Part shown: one piece after another, positions 1-17,133 of the stretch
Layout: every line of letters begins with the position of its first letter
Numbering within the stretch: position 1 is the stretch's first letter
DNA from: Oculina patagonica
Lineage: Eukaryota
Direction of reading: 5' to 3'
Assembly (NCBI RefSeq): GCF_052425735.1
Contig: NC_135758.1
Coordinates: forward strand, 36,394,001 to 36,458,000
DNA: 64,000 nucleotides
Notes under the pieces: generated by a model
The model's input: the letters and a program-made list of their open reading frames with translations, nothing else
The model's database searches: none
What the model was told of the DNA's origin: nothing
Translations under genes and position numbers: made by a program

Positions 1-486
1 AATAAACACCAAATCAAGTGTCTCAAAGAATAGTAAATAACATTCATGAAAGATAATACCTTAGATTGTAATCTTTCAAAAAAAGTCTATGTAATGGCCA
101 TGTTTGCCCACATAGTGAGGTCAGAAAGAAGCCAATATTTATCTACACTTGTTGTTCTTCACATTATTCATTCTTTAATCACGCATAATAAACCAGAGTA
201 ATCTAGGACCTATAAAAGAACACTTTCCCAGCCAAGCTCAGTTGAAATTGTTTACAATTGTTCAACATTCAACTATCTTGGTGCTGGTTACAAGAAAAAA
301 ACGCAAGGACAGAATGCTAAATTAAAACAAATTTATTTAACGTTTTCTTATAAATAATTATGAAGAAATGTACAGTTCCTATTAAAAGAGTAATTTGCAA
401 ACAAGTGTCTTGGAGAAAGTTTAGTCACTGCTGGGCCCTCTTTTTCATTTGTAAAGGTTTACTGATTGTCACAGGTTATCTTTTAC

Positions 487-915
487 CCCCGAGGAGGGGG
501 CACTCCCATATATGAGCTTTTCAGGTATGTGCCTCTGTGAAAGGTATGGCTTTCAAGCAGTTTAGTCTGGGATAGGGTACAGGTTTAGTCTGGGAAAAAA
601 TTCCAGAATAAGAATAGAAACTGGGAAGAGAAAAAGGCTTTCCTAAACGTAAATAAAATCATTGCGGCAAAGTTGTGCCATTAAAAACACTATAAATACT
701 ATATAGTGATACAGTCAGTTAATTTGGGAGAGGGTAGGAATTTTCAGACAGAAATTTTTTATGAAAAAATTCTTTCTGGTAGGAATTTTCGGTGACTAGT
801 CTAGTATAGGGTGGCAAAATTGGCTTAACATGGTGTGGTATAGGGTGGTAAGGGTTTCATTGTTGTTCATTGCGGTACACTACACCCAAAAATTTACAGA
901 GTACCCCTCCCCCTG
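487..915. mobile_element. Non-autonomous element (hAT-like MITE family), copy 1
   Basis: Colinear similarity with 59878-60315 (GGGCACTCCCAT...GGTATGG(C/T)TTTCAAGCAGTT...GGTATAGGGT...CCCAAAAAT); C/G-rich ends. Boundaries approximate. Confidence 0.6.
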
Positions 916-1279
916 GCTTTTACTACTCACACCCCGTCTTCTACACTAACCCCCTCTTCCCCTCTTCTATCCTGCATAGCAGGCGCCGTTGTTTCGAGTG
1001 CGCGTATGGGAAACGCGAAAGGTGCGGGGTAGCCTGCTACGCAGGCTACCTCTCTTCATTATCCGATGATCTGCAAGGAGCAGCTATTTTGGGGTGGTAC
1101 TTTATTCTCTGACTCCCAGAGTCAAAGCGCCAATTTGAAGTGATTGTAGGTTTTTGGCTTCTAGAAATATAATCTCACTTTTTCGACGTTTTTTCTTTCT
1201 TTCTTTTTTCTGCTGTGTAGTATAAACAGGGATTTAGTTTTTATACAGCCAGTTTTTAACCCGCGATCGGCACAAGTGG

Positions 1280-1373
1280 TACCCTGGTTTCCAGAGGGTT
1301 TTTTTTTTGCGGCGACAAAGAGCGGCGAAGCCGCGATCGTCGCCGAAAAAAAAACCCTCTGGCACCCAGGGTA
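1280..1373. mobile_element. 94-bp palindromic MITE with 9-bp TSD
   Basis: TIR TACCCTGG..CCAGAGGGTTTTT / AAAAACCCTCTGG..CCAGGGTA; TSD CACAAGTGG at 1271-1279 and 1374-1382. Confidence 0.85.
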
Positions 1374-1794
1374 CACAAGTGGCTTCCTGCTACTAAACCT
1401 CGTGTTTATCGCACTTGCAGATAATATTGTTGTTTTTTTCTACATTAAATGTAGAAAAAAAAAACAATTACCGGTAAGCATAAGCATTTCATTTTCCTAG
1501 CAAATCGAATTTGCACGCTTCTCATTAGCCAGAACTGGCCGGCCAGACCAGGCCGTATATTCGAGAACAAAATTCCGTTATTCGTCTGATTTTCCTGTCA
1601 AATCAGTCAATGCAAAAGTTTTAAAGTCAATGCATAAATATTATAAACTGTTTTGACGGGCCTTTTTCACGAAGTTTTCACACAAATCCCGCCCCAGATG
1701 AGGAGAACTGGTTCCTAGCCTCCGTCTTCCGCTGATTTGGTGCGTTTCGCGGGCTCAGTGAGTGAATACAAATCCCACCATGCACCTTGGTAAG

Positions 1795-1803
1795 CTCTCT
1801 TTC
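1795..1803 (+). promoter_or_regulatory. TCT initiator / 5'TOP pyrimidine tract of RPS18
   Basis: CTCTCTTTC ending 10 nt before the ATG, typical of metazoan ribosomal protein transcription starts. Confidence 0.7.
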
Positions 1804-1813
1804 GGCTGCCATC

Positions 1814-5241
<3,428 letters not shown>

Positions 5242-5435
5242 AAGTGCAATGTTCTGTAAATTGTAATAAAGAACAGTATGATCAAGCGTTTAGTCTGTTT
5301 AGTGTTATGTTGTGGTTGTTGACTCGCTTTCCTGACTTGTCCAGCAGGGCTTGAAAAAAGTTTAAATTCCAGCTCGCCCTTTAAATAAGCAGCTCTTAAC
5401 TTTGGCTTGCCTGGGGCAGTTGCATGCTTGTCTTA

Positions 5436-5646
5436 GGGCACTTTTCATTAGTCAGAACTGGCCGGCCGGTTCTGTGGTTTTGAATACGAAATGGGTCTTT
5501 TCTACGAGATTTTTTCACATATCCACCGCAACAGTGTATAAAATTTGTGTATTGACTGATTTGACAGGACAAATCCGCCTTAAAACGGAATTCTATTCTT
5601 GAATATGCCGGTCTCACCAGCCAGTTCTGACTTATGGAAAGCGCTC
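5436..5646. mobile_element. Harbinger-type MITE nested in an older CAGGGCTTGAAAA-ended element (about 5345-5785)
   Basis: TIR GGGCACTTTTCATTAGTCAGAACTGG / CCAGTTCTGACTTATGGAAAGCGCTC; TTA TSD; partial related copy at about 1513-1620. Confidence 0.75.
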
Positions 5647-5894
5647 TTAGTTTCCTTTTGTTCTATTTTGTGGGGAGATTACAAAGCTGGGCCCTTGCCC
5701 ATCAGGAAAGTGAGCATGAAAGTAACTTGTCTCTTAGGAAAATCTACTTGTTCTGGATGAACAGACGAGACTTTTTTCAAGCTCTAATCAGGCATCATTG
5801 ATCTTATTTGCATGGTCAATTTAGTCATCCCCATCAAAGAGACTAGAAAAAGATTCTCTCTTGGACATCTGTCACAAGAAATTTGGGCAATTCA

Positions 5895-6375
5895 GGGCCT
5901 CTTTACACGACCCTGGGTTTGCACCACCCCGGATTGGCTTGACGCCAAGTATGGGAAATAAGTAATGTTAACATGAACCTGAGTTTCCTGGTTGTATCAG
6001 AGTTTGGTTTCTTCGATACTGACCTGGTTCAGCTTTTCACCAAAAACTGAAAATGGGTAACTAAAAAGAAACAAAATGCCACTTTTAAAACTTCCTGGTA
6101 TCACTGAAACGCGTTGACTTAAAATAAAAAATAAAAAAAGAGAAATAAACATCCTCCAGGGTTGGTTATTCGCAGACTATATACATGTACATGGAAATTG
6201 TCAACCCTTTAGACGGGTCAACCCAAGTCACGAAAAGGGTTACCTGGCAACAGGGGTTGACCTGGGTTGGAAGTTTTTTGTGTAAACGCTGACTGAAGAT
6301 TGACTGAATAAGGGTTACCGGTTGCAGTGATTCAACTTGGGTAGGCAACCAACCGAGGGTTGTGTAAAGAGGCCC
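5895..6375. mobile_element. Harbinger-type MITE between RPS18 and WDR46
   Basis: TIR GGGCCTCTTTACAC / GTGTAAAGAGGCCC; flanks TCA and TTA. Confidence 0.75.
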
Positions 6376-6507
6376 TTAGAAACAACTGACAGTCACAACA
6401 AGTTTTGCAAATAATATTCATTTATTAGGAACTGGGCACAGGAAAATTAAATAAAAAATTGAAAGCTGTCCTTGTGATGCAGTTTTATCCTTCTGTGTTG
6501 ATTTAGG

Positions 6508-8361
6508 TTACTTTGCCTTGGACTGGAATCTATCCAATGCAGATGAATTTTCTAGAGGCCTTCTTTCATTCATTTTACTAGTTCTTGATTCTTTTCTCTT
6601 GTCTTTTATTGCTTGTCTAATTTTTTCCTGGAGAAAATAAAAAGAAGAGATATTTGACATAAGGTAATCAATTACTGGGCCCAGTTGTTCAAAAGGTGGA
6701 TAACGTTACCCACCAGATAAAGATTTATCCAGTGGAAAGCGTCATCCACTTTGAACAACTGGGGCCTCGTGCTTCAAAAGTACTGCACTTGTAATATTGA
6801 TCAAGTCCTATTCTTTGTGAACTCTATTTCCAGCCTTTTTAATTACATCTCGATGTACTCTAGTCAAAGTGATTGTAATTCTTGCAAATTAAGAGCTATG
6901 AAGCAGTAAGAAAGATGAAGCATTTCTGCTGCTGCTTTTCAGCATGACTAATAATCTTAGGGTACCTAAATTGAAAAACTAATGAGACCTGGAACATGGT
7001 AAGGCATTTGTAAGATTCTCTAAATGATATTTGAGGGAAAAATTTAAATGGTTTCCAAATTGTTCTTACCAACTGTTTACCAATTTACTATGATATGCAT
7101 GTAACACTGATATAGGTTTTTTTCTACCTTGCTTTTGCCTTTGTCTTGGAATGAGTCCAGATACAAAGACATTTCATGTCAAAATGTGTTTGATTTGCAT
7201 AAAGTGAGTTTGCAAATTACACTCATTTTTGTACCAAAACCTGTTCTAAAATACCCAAAAGTGAAAACAGTTTTGTGTGAGTCCTTCACTCACCTTTTTG
7301 TCTTGTTCTTCATGTCCTTTCTTTCTAAGGTGTTGTTTCTTTGAAGAGCTACGACCTTTCTTTTTATATTTTGGTTCAAATTTCTCTTTGGAATTTGACT
7401 GCTGGGGATGGAAGGAGAAACAAAAATGTAACGCTCCAATTTGACTTCCCATATTAGAAATATTTTTCATGCAGGCATGCATACATGAAGTTACCATAAT
7501 ATAGCCATTCACCATTATAATTAGAGCCATTTGTGATTGTTTAACGTTGCTTCAACTCGTTACAAGAGAATTCTGTTGTCTCATAAAATTCATTAGACTT
7601 ATACCGATATTTCGATGCAACAAATGTAAGAGAAACAGCCAGCGATGTGAGAGTGAGCACAAAACACGAAGGGGTGGAGACATTAGTGTTCAGTTCTCCC
7701 GTTCAACACCAACCAGCAAGCTATGATCGAAGAAAAGTACGAAAAAATAGAGGGCTGTGAACAGTCTTAAAATTCATCAGCTCCCATCAACAATAAGTCC
7801 CCCAAACCCTTTAAATATCAGTTGGGATTGTATAGTAACGTAATAGCATACCTGTGAAAAAAAATTGACAACAAACAGAATTGCAACTATTTGTAATAAG
7901 CACTCCAAGAGTTTATTTCAGAAAACCTTGCATATAACGACAAACTCTGCCAATTTTTACAAATGGAATTATTGCCTGAGTCTTGTGCTTCTGGCTAACT
8001 GATATGCCAAACTTACCTCCTCATCATCATCATCATCATTCTGACCCTGTTTTCTAGCACCTTTCTTTGATGGATGACTGACACGTACAATATCCATTGG
8101 GTTTAATGTTATTAGCTCAGGTTGGACCTGCAAAAATGAGGTTAGAACGCTAGCTGAAACACTGATAATAAACTTTGTAGGAAAGGTTTAGTTGTAATGC
8201 CTGCCAACAATCAATCAATCAATCAATCAATCAATAATATTTATTTAATTAAAGTTGTCAGTACACTGTCCAACAGAAATGCTTTCGAGAGTGATAAATG
8301 ATCGTCGCAGTGAATTTCCAATTTAAGCAATTGGAATAAAGAAGCCTGAAAAAAATTCAGA

Positions 8362-8393
<32 letters not shown>

Positions 8394-11300
8394 GATACCG
8401 GTGCGATGCTCTACCAACTGAGCTATTGAAGCCACACATTGGGAGCGAGGTCAATTGTGAGTTCATATTTTCCTATGAGAGGAGTGAAATGATGTAATGT
8501 ATATGAAATGATTCATTACATCAGAAATGCTTTCATTTCCTAAGTTATGCACCACAAAAATAACTTAGTCGGAAACATTTGGGTTAATCTTTTAAACTTA
8601 ATTTATAGTTTTTAACACTTTAAAGCCTTGTAAATACCAGTAGTTATTTTACTATACAGTACCTTTTCTAACAAGGACTTTACTTCAAACTCTTGTCTTT
8701 GTTTCTTTGTCTGGTAAGGATTAGCTTCCAGTGCATCAAAGTTAGGTTCCCCAGCACCTGTAAAGAAAAAATATATTTTTACTTAACTGTTATTACTTTG
8801 GCCTTTATGCCCACTGGCCAGGCCAATCGATTTTATATCCACCCACCCCCAACAGGCACTTTGATCTTTTCTTCTTAAGCTGGCCGCACACTAGAGCATC
8901 TAGCTGAGCTAACCGCCTTGCGTGCCTGTTTGCTCAGCAGATTTCTCTCGTGTGCGGACATTTTTCATGAGAATTTTACCTCGCCAGGCCTTGAGGAAAA
9001 TATCTATTGTGTTTAATATTTTTTGTCTCGAGAGAAAAAATCCTCAACATGTGTGGGCGACATGAGCTACTTGCTCAGCCAGAACTGACCAATAAACACA
9101 TGTAGAATGCTCACGTGACTCAACATGGCAGCTTCCAAATCAAACTTGCTAAGCACTTTCCTCACTGTCTGCGGTGAAATGTGCAGTGAGTAAATGGCTG
9201 AGCAAACAGGCTCACGAGGTGAATAACTCAGCTAGTTGCTCTAGTGTGCGGTTGGCTTTAGGGAAGGAAATTTTGACTTACCTCATCTATGGTGGAATAT
9301 AATATGAGGAATATAATATGAAATGGTCCACCCCATATTGTAATTCTGTTGCTAGGTAGAGCACCTACGATTTATGCCCTGTTTATTCCTTCGTTTCGCC
9401 CCACTAACTGCCCCTGGGTCTCCGAGGATGCTCAATAACGTATAGCAAGATTAATGAAAACTCTAATTAGTAGCAACCTTACCAGGTATAAGTAAACTAC
9501 CAAATCCTTGAGAGTGTCCTACGCCCAATACATCTTCAAATGGACAGAACTGCATTCCATGTACAGTGCATGACGGAAACAGATGAGACATGTAGGGAGA
9601 CTTCTGTTTTTGAGTGAAAGCATCTCGCCATATCTAATTGCAATAAAGACATTTTAAATGTAAATTTATACTTATAAAATTAATTAAGAGAGACTTCAGT
9701 TTTTGTATAGTATTTATTGTTGGTGTTTTCCGGGTATCATACCTGTATGTTTGGTCCATGGCCCACAGCGAGCAGTCCTCGCTGGCTGATGGCAAGACAG
9801 CTTGCTGGTGTAGGAGTGTAATAAGCTTGGAGTTGTTTGTATGTTCTGACGTCCCAGATCTTCATTTGTCCATCTAGGCCTGATGTTGCCATGTAGCTGA
9901 GATTTGATTTAAAAGGGAAAGCAATTACAAGAAATCAAATAACAAGTGAAATGACCATGGGATCTATTAAATACTATTAACAATTTGTCCACAGCTACAT
10001 CTTCTCCTTCATGTACTGTATTTCAGTTTTCTTGGCAATGCCAAGAAGTGCTAAGGGGTGAAAATGTGTATAGTTTATGACTGCACATTAACAACTACCG
10101 GCATTTAAGGAGGTTCACAACAGTTTCCAGCTCTCATACTACAAACAGTGCTACAAACATTTATGAGGACCTGCCAGGGGGATCCTGTGTCGCTTGTCTA
10201 AATTATAAAAATACCCTGTGTCGCTGTTTTATTGCACTTCTGTCACTGTTGGTAGTTGAATTAAGACCCAAAGTTGGCTTGTCCTTATCGGAATTTAAGT
10301 TTTTTTGGGGCAAAAGTGTTTGAAAAATAGAAGAAAAAATTAATCTTTAAATGAGCAACCGGAGTGCGTGATTGTTTTCTATCAGTGAATAGAAAACAGT
10401 TTCTGAGAGGACTCAATCAGATTCGACGGCATTTTCAAGATAGAACCACTGGTTGAGTTTCTACTAAAATTGAATAATGATCAGCATGGTAAGATACAAC
10501 TTTATTCAAAGATTAAAAAAAAATTCACCGGAGCAGTTGTAGAGCCACCTTAAATATTTTGAAAATTTAATTTATCTTCCACTATCCACAGTTAAATAAA
10601 ACTTACTATCCTTTGTTGTCAATGGCAATTGCTTGTACAGGTCCCTTGTGGCATAACATCTTGACAAGTGGGTCTTTCATCTTGGGAGCCCATAGCGTAA
10701 CTGTGCCTTAAAAACCACAACATTATACTATTATTAACGTTCAAGTCCATGACACTCCTAACATTTTATTAGATCTTGAAAAACTTTGACTACCTCTCAT
10801 AAGTGATATTTCGATTCAGAAGAGGGTAGCAAACAGTTTATGTGTGACACAGGTGGAAGAGGGGCAAAAATTAGACCATATTGTATAAAAACAGCTCAGA
10901 CAAACGACACGTGATTCCTGAATTCTGCTGTTTCAAGGTACGTGACCACGTGAATTTGGCTAAAATTTCTGTGTGAAACAGGATCATGACACCGGCCCCC
11001 TATTGCTACCCTCTCAAAACAGTCTCTTATTTTAGTAATTGAACCTTCAGGCTGTAAGAGAAAATCTGTGGGGCTACCTAGGAGAGGTGTCTGCTCATGA
11101 GAGATTAAAAAAATGTAGTGTCGAGCTGTGTGGCTGGGACCTTAAACAAAGAGACTGTTTAATAAAAAGAGATGTCTACCTGCATGAGATGTCCATAGTG
11201 GAGATTGGACTGTATTATGCAGACACTACAAAAAATGTGGACACCTCAATTTTTTTCTTTTTTCTTTTTTGTTTTTGTTTTGTCCCATGCTTGTGTCATT

Positions 11301-14300
11301 GTTGAACGATTCATCTTCATTATTTCTCACCAAGCTTAAAATTTACCATCTGTATTATTTAATGGGTAAGGTTGTATTTTTATAATTATTAGACAAGTGT
11401 CTTTACCATTATAGTGTCCCAGGTGAATGACAGCATTATAAGGATTCTGAGTCATACAATCACATTTCCCAAGCTTTGTAAATAATTCAGCAACTGGTTT
11501 GCCTGTTGATGTGTCTTGATATTTGAGAATTCCATAATCCCCCTGTGAAGAAAATAAAAATACACATTTGGAAATAAAATTATTTTTAATTAAGGGTTTG
11601 AAGGTAACAGAAAACGTTATTTAAAAACTCAAGAACCCAAAACGTAGCAATAGTAATGTTTCTGATCACTATGTAATCATAAAATATCACAACTTGGTAA
11701 CAGAGAGAAATGTAGACTAAAATCCTTTATGTAGTGCTTAAAATGATCCCAGAACCCAGATTAACTTAGCCTGTTTATATAAACAAGAGTTGTACCTGGA
11801 AGGAGAGCTACCCTCTCCCCTGAGTCATCTTTTCCTGGATGTTTATGTGAGAAAAGTTGTCCCTGCCACCCAGGTCAAGAATTGGCCCTCCTGGATTCAT
11901 GCAAGCCATGCTCTGCATGTCCAGACTTAGATGAGTCCAAAATAAGCAAGTGTTTACTGACATAGGGAAACATTGGTTCACTCTGCAGGGTAACCCTACC
12001 TTCAAAGAGAGGACCTTCCACCCAGGTTCAATCCCCCCCCCCCCCCCCCCCCACCAAAAAAACAACAACAACAACTTTTTGCAGGAGCCCATCAACTGGA
12101 GCCTTCGTCTCCCATACTAACCCTTGGAGTCAACCCTTCCCCGTATTAATTTATTTTTAGAACTAATCTCCCGGGGTCTCTCGCGGGAGAATTCGCACCT
12201 CTGTCAATCATTTGTTGCATTCCGCTGTGGCTACGCAAGCTGTGATATCTAAAACAATGGCGAAATAAGAACGGAAGACTGCAGAATGATGTTCCTTTTC
12301 GTCGTCTGAATTCGGTATTTCTTCAAAGGATGACATCAAGTAATGCTATGACTAAAAAAAACTGCGGAATTTTGTACGGGTCTGTCAAAAAAGTAAGAGC
12401 AATTATTCGAATCGAAAAGCGCCGAGACCGATCTCGCAACTGCGAAATTACGAATATATTTTGAAAAGATGATGGGTAGCCGTAACAGATCGGTCAATAT
12501 TATTTGTCGTGTAATTCTTCTGATAAGAAGGCAGCTTGATAAAAGCTTGATCGATTCTATTTCTAATCGTTGTTGCGAACAATAAATTTTACTGGGTTGT
12601 AAACATTCACACCAAACGAACGTAACAATGGTATAAATTTATAAACAAGGTACGCACTTTGGCCTGTACCAACACATTGCAAATCAAATTCTACAAGGCA
12701 TTCAAAACTCTGAGTGACAATAATTCAGACAAGCGCTAGCTTGTGAACGCTTAGGGTTGACAGGTTTGGTCCTTCGTGGCGAAGGCACTAGACAAACATT
12801 AGAATCTAAACAGCCGTTCCGGCTAAACGACCCGTTCGGCTTTAGAATTCTCCAGATAGTACAGGCATAGAGTTCTCTTTGGAAACATACAAAGCGAAAT
12901 AAATGTACGGGGATTGAAATAAGCGGATCACACGGTCTCTAACCGAAGAAAGATGTAACATTCAGGCCGTTGGCCTGTACGCGTACAATTTTAAAATTGT
13001 AAGATGCGCAATATCTCACCTCTGCAACAGCGACTCGACGATCTCTGCCATAATTCCAGTTGCTGGACTTTAGAAGAAACAAACACATATCATTTTCCTG
13101 AGGTTTTATTCGAAGCATGATGATCTTATATTGGCTGGATCTTGGAGCATACGGATAGTCAAAATTTGCATCAAAGTCATCACGTTTATAGTGAAACTTT
13201 GTCGCCGTATCAAAGAACACGCGTTCGCTACAGCTCGGCCATATTAAATTATTTCTGCTTTCGTTCGGGAATAGATCTTACAAATCCAGCGTCAAATCTC
13301 ACAGTACTGTCTACGTCTAACACTGCATGTAATAAGTCCGTGCAAACCAGAAATCGGAAAGATTCAAACAAGCAACTGAAGCAAAAACACATTTCCGATC
13401 AACGCCATGACTAAACTGACTTCATTTTCAAGGACAAAAAAGTGGTTTATTAATTAACTTTTAACCGTTATTCATTCACGAGTAAACCAGGCTCTCTCGG
13501 CTGTAAAATCAGGAAAGTAGATAAAATTATAAAGGAAAACAGACAGGGAATGTGCGTACGACATTGACCGCCATTTTTTTTTTTTACATCGTCGCCCTAG
13601 CTGCGCTGCATGTGGTCTGACCGCAGGAGCAATGTTTTCGCGGGAAATGTGTTTCTAAAAATAAAAATATACGGGAAAGGGTTGACTCAAGGGTACAGTA
13701 CGTATGGAGGCTCCAGTTGATGGGCTCCTGCTTTTTGGCAATTTTTGACATAAATGGTTCACAGAGCTCTATTTATAAAGAAAGGTATAAAATGATCTCT
13801 CACACAGAGTGGCTCGGTATGAAGGGTAGGGTCAACTTTTCTCCACATAATTAGGCCCTTGATCTTTTTATGTACACAAATAGACATCTCTCAAAATCAG
13901 ATAGAATACTGTGATAGCACCCATAACTTAACAATAGCCACTTACCACAGAAGCTAGAAGGAAATGGTAAGGTAAAAACTCTAATCTGTTGACTTGTCTG
14001 TGATTTTTAAGGCAGTGCAGTTCAATTCCAGTGTTGTCGTAAATGTAGACACACTTCTTTTGGGCAACAGCAAACATGGTCTCAATATGTAACCATCTGC
14101 AAGGAAAAAGTAATATTAGAAATGATGACAATATTATTTATTGACCTCCAAATTTTAACTAGTTAATATGTGTACTCCTATACTGAAGCTAGTGCAATAT
14201 CTTGGAAGTATACACTGTTACAAGTAGCTATTATTACAACAGTTATAATTTTTTTGTTGTATTATAATTTTATATTAAATTATAATTATTATAATCTTAC

Positions 14301-17133
14301 CTGACATCTCTGACTGTCTCCTGTACATGAACTTCACATCCAAGTTTCTTGTTTTGCCAGTCCATTGTGGCCAGATGACCCTTTTTACCACCAATAAGAA
14401 GAAATCTGTCCAAAGATAAAATTTAATGTGTTTTATTAGCTAAAGCATCAATATTCATCCGGTAATATTAAATGTTTTCAATTGTTGGTCATATGGGCAA
14501 TGGTCATGAGAATGGTTATTTGCCGACCACTGATTGGCTGTATCCTACTGGGTAGTAAGTTAGGTTTGCATTTAGGCCAAAGTGACCCTAATTCAAAGCT
14601 AATCCCAGTTTCTGTACATTGTTGCCACCCTAAAAGACTTCAACATCAGCACGGAGTCCTGGGAGTCTCTCGCCTCCGACAGACCCTCCTGGCACCAACT
14701 CATCACCAAAGAAGCCCACACAGCTAAGGAACGCAGGTCCTGTCAAACCGAGGAGAAGGAAGCAGTATGCAAGGAAAGAGCCGCCAGCACCAACAGCACA
14801 GCCCCTACCCACTTCTGCCCTACAGGTGTACATGTGGGAGAAGCTTCCTTGCCCAGATTGGTCTCATCAGCCACCTCCGGGCACACGGTAGCAAATTATC
14901 AACAAACTAGATGTCTTTGGTCATCTTCGATTACGAAGGACGAACAACAACACATTGTAGCAGGAAGCGGCTGGGGGCATTATATGGCTGCTCCGCCTGG
15001 ATGGGATGCTAGTCCATGGCAGGTCATCCCTCACCAACCATATCAGGTTTTCTTTTAACAGGTTGCCTACCAGTACCCATAAAACTCATGGGTGGAGAGA
15101 GGCACAGTGTCAACTTCAACTTTGTTTTTTTACGAGGGTTGCACATAGCAGTCTTTCGACTGACAAACCTGTGGCCCTCGGATTCCCGATCGAATTGGAA
15201 TTTAGAAGTGTTGGTTTTTGTGGAGGGAGGAAAACCGGAGAACCCGGAGAAAAACCCTCGGAGCAAGGACGAGAACCAACAACAAACTCAACCCACATAT
15301 GACGCCGGGTCCGGTGATCGAACCCGGGGCCACATTGGTGGGAAGCGAGCGCTCTCACCACTGCGCTATCCCTGCTCCCCACAACACAATGATCCTATCC
15401 AATGCTTGAAACTAGACAACTCAATCCAAAGTCCAGTTCACTAAACACCACCAAATCAAACCACCCACATTCCCGATGTCATGTTAGTACTGTCTGTGTT
15501 AAGGGTATGCTGCTGGATATGGTCAGTAAACTCTAAAAGTATTATTTTGTACCTGAGAATTTAAGGAGCCTTCACAGGATTAATACCTAAGTGTTCTTCT
15601 AACAGTTCAACCTTATGTGTAGACACACATGAAGAGGATTAAGAAAGGATTCTTCTAAGAAAAAAAAAAAGAATTTGGCTTACCTTCCATTGCGTGTGTA
15701 ATTTATACGGTAAGGTCCAAAGGTATCAAGATTTAGCTCAAAATACTGAAAGTAAGAAAATTAAAATTAACTTTTTTATCTGAAAGTTATATATTTAAGT
15801 GCTGGTTATAAAGATAATTTTTTTAAAAATAATATTAATTTTTCAACAATGTTAAATTTAATGAGCACATAATGACTGCATATTTTACATATCCTGTAGG
15901 CGAACAGGTTTAAGCAAAGCATAAACCTTTACACTACCAATAAAAATCTATTAAATTATTTTAGTACAAATCCTTAGTTAATACCTGCCTGTCACTTTTT
16001 TCCTCGGGTACCCCCCACCCCCCATCCCAATGCCCGGGGTATAAGATGTGAAACACCAACCTTTTTAGCACTTGTAATATCAACAACATCTGCAATATTC
16101 CTTTGCTTGAATTTAAACGTTTTCTCTAGACCTTCAGCTTCTAAATATCTGCCAAATATAAAAAAAATATTACCAAAAAGTAATGTTTGCCAAAGACACA
16201 CAGTCATATACCGGTATGTGTACAATGTGGAATACGCAAATGTGTTAGTCCCATACTCAAGATATGAATTCAGTATCATTAAATTCTTATGATATACCCC
16301 CCACCCCTCCTCTTAAAAACAAGCCCACAAATAACAGATACAGAAAAACCCTTTGGTAAAAAGTCCCATTAATAAAATCCAGGATCTCATGTTTTATGTA
16401 AGGTCCAAGAAATGCAACATGTTGTATACAGTTTTTCTCTTCCTTCGTGTTGTTTGGTATGATCATCGATGATGTTATGTTATGACTGTAGAGTGTATTT
16501 TGTGTTTATAGAGTCCCATTATGCATACTGTGGTGATTATCTTAGAAAATTATGAAACTTTAGGTGTTTATACTGAAACAACATTGAGGAGTTCGCAAAT
16601 TTCCCTTTCCTTGCTTTTCTATTCAACGCAAACTACACGCAAAAACAAGTTTAATTTCACCCTTTCCTAACTTTATTCCACAGCATAACTGCCACTGTAG
16701 CAGAGTTAAAGCAAGCACATGTATAGTAAATAATTCTTTACCCCGGTTCCTCTGTTAGAAGTAGCTCTGACTTAGCAGCCTGTACCGCCGCTTGCTGATA
16801 TTGTGACTCGTATGATCTGAGCTTCCCTCGCAGCTTCTTGTCTTTTAAATTCTGATGATCAAAAAAAATTTAAATTCTAGTCTTGTATGATGCCCTAACA
16901 CGGTAAAACATGAGAAAAACAATCACATTTTTCCAACCTTACTTTGAACCTATTTTGTCTTCCTCGATGATATTTCTGTAGTACAACTTTGTCCACAGTT
17001 TCTTCATCCTTGGTTTTCCTCATTGACTTTTCTTCCTATATGAAAGTTAACAATTAAGTTTCCTTGGAAGAAAAAAAAGAGATTTTGGAACAACTTCCCC
17101 ACGTGTGTGTTTTACCTTCGCTTCTGCCGCCAT
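6508..17133 (-). CDS. WDR46: WD repeat protein 46 (UTP7/BING4), 15 exons, about 533 aa
   Basis: Exons: 17116-17133, 16943-17035, 16742-16851, 16061-16148, 15684-15745, 14301-14405, 13946-14096, 11407-11542, 10607-10706, 9743-9896, 9483-9633, 8663-8757, 8017-8127, 7294-7401, 6508-6627; phases consistent. Motifs [93 protein letters not shown], terminal SALDRF. PolyA signal (TTTATT on +) at 6421-6426. Confidence 0.95.
8287..8521 (-). mobile_element. Retroposon with an internal tRNA-like module (8360-8433) and a 13-bp TSD
   Basis: A box TAGCTCAGTTGGTAGAGC and B box GGTTCGAATCC on the - strand, followed by a T-run; TSD CAGAAATGCTTTC at 8274-8286 and 8522-8534. Confidence 0.85.
8878..9257. mobile_element. 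Harbinger-type MITE
   Basis: TIR AGCTGGCCGCACACTAGAGCA / TGCTCTAGTGTGCGGTTGGCT; TTA TSD. Confidence 0.8.
12082..13730. mobile_element. 1.65-kb non-autonomous DNA transposon with 7-bp TSD
   Basis: TIR CAGGAGCCCATCAACTGGAGCC, extended imperfectly to about 70 bp; TSD CTTTTTG at 12075-12081 and 13731-13737. Confidence 0.88.
14624..14951 (+). mobile_element. 5'-truncated RTE-clade LINE 3' end
   Basis: Reads [21 protein letters not shown]...[23 protein letters not shown] (frameshifted C2H2 tail), a short 3'UTR and an (ACA)n tail; ACATTGT on both flanks. It interrupts an older SINE (about 14575-15450). Confidence 0.8.
15111..15379 (-). mobile_element. tRNA-derived SINE with V-domain-like core, copy 1
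   Basis: Head with A/B boxes (GCGCAGTGGTGAGAGC...GGTTCGAT) and core GGTTTTTCTCCGGGTTCTCCGGTTTTCCTCCC; closely similar to 47934-48205. Confidence 0.85.

Noticed and set aside
8360-8433. tRNA-Thr(GGT) gene
   Set aside because: C at position 33, a mispaired anticodon stem, a GGT anticodon atypical for eukaryotes, and location within a TSD-flanked repeat; treated as part of a retroposon.
15006-15444. Clusters of 60-140 aa ORFs here and at 47923-48168
   Set aside because: Spurious frames across SINE copies.
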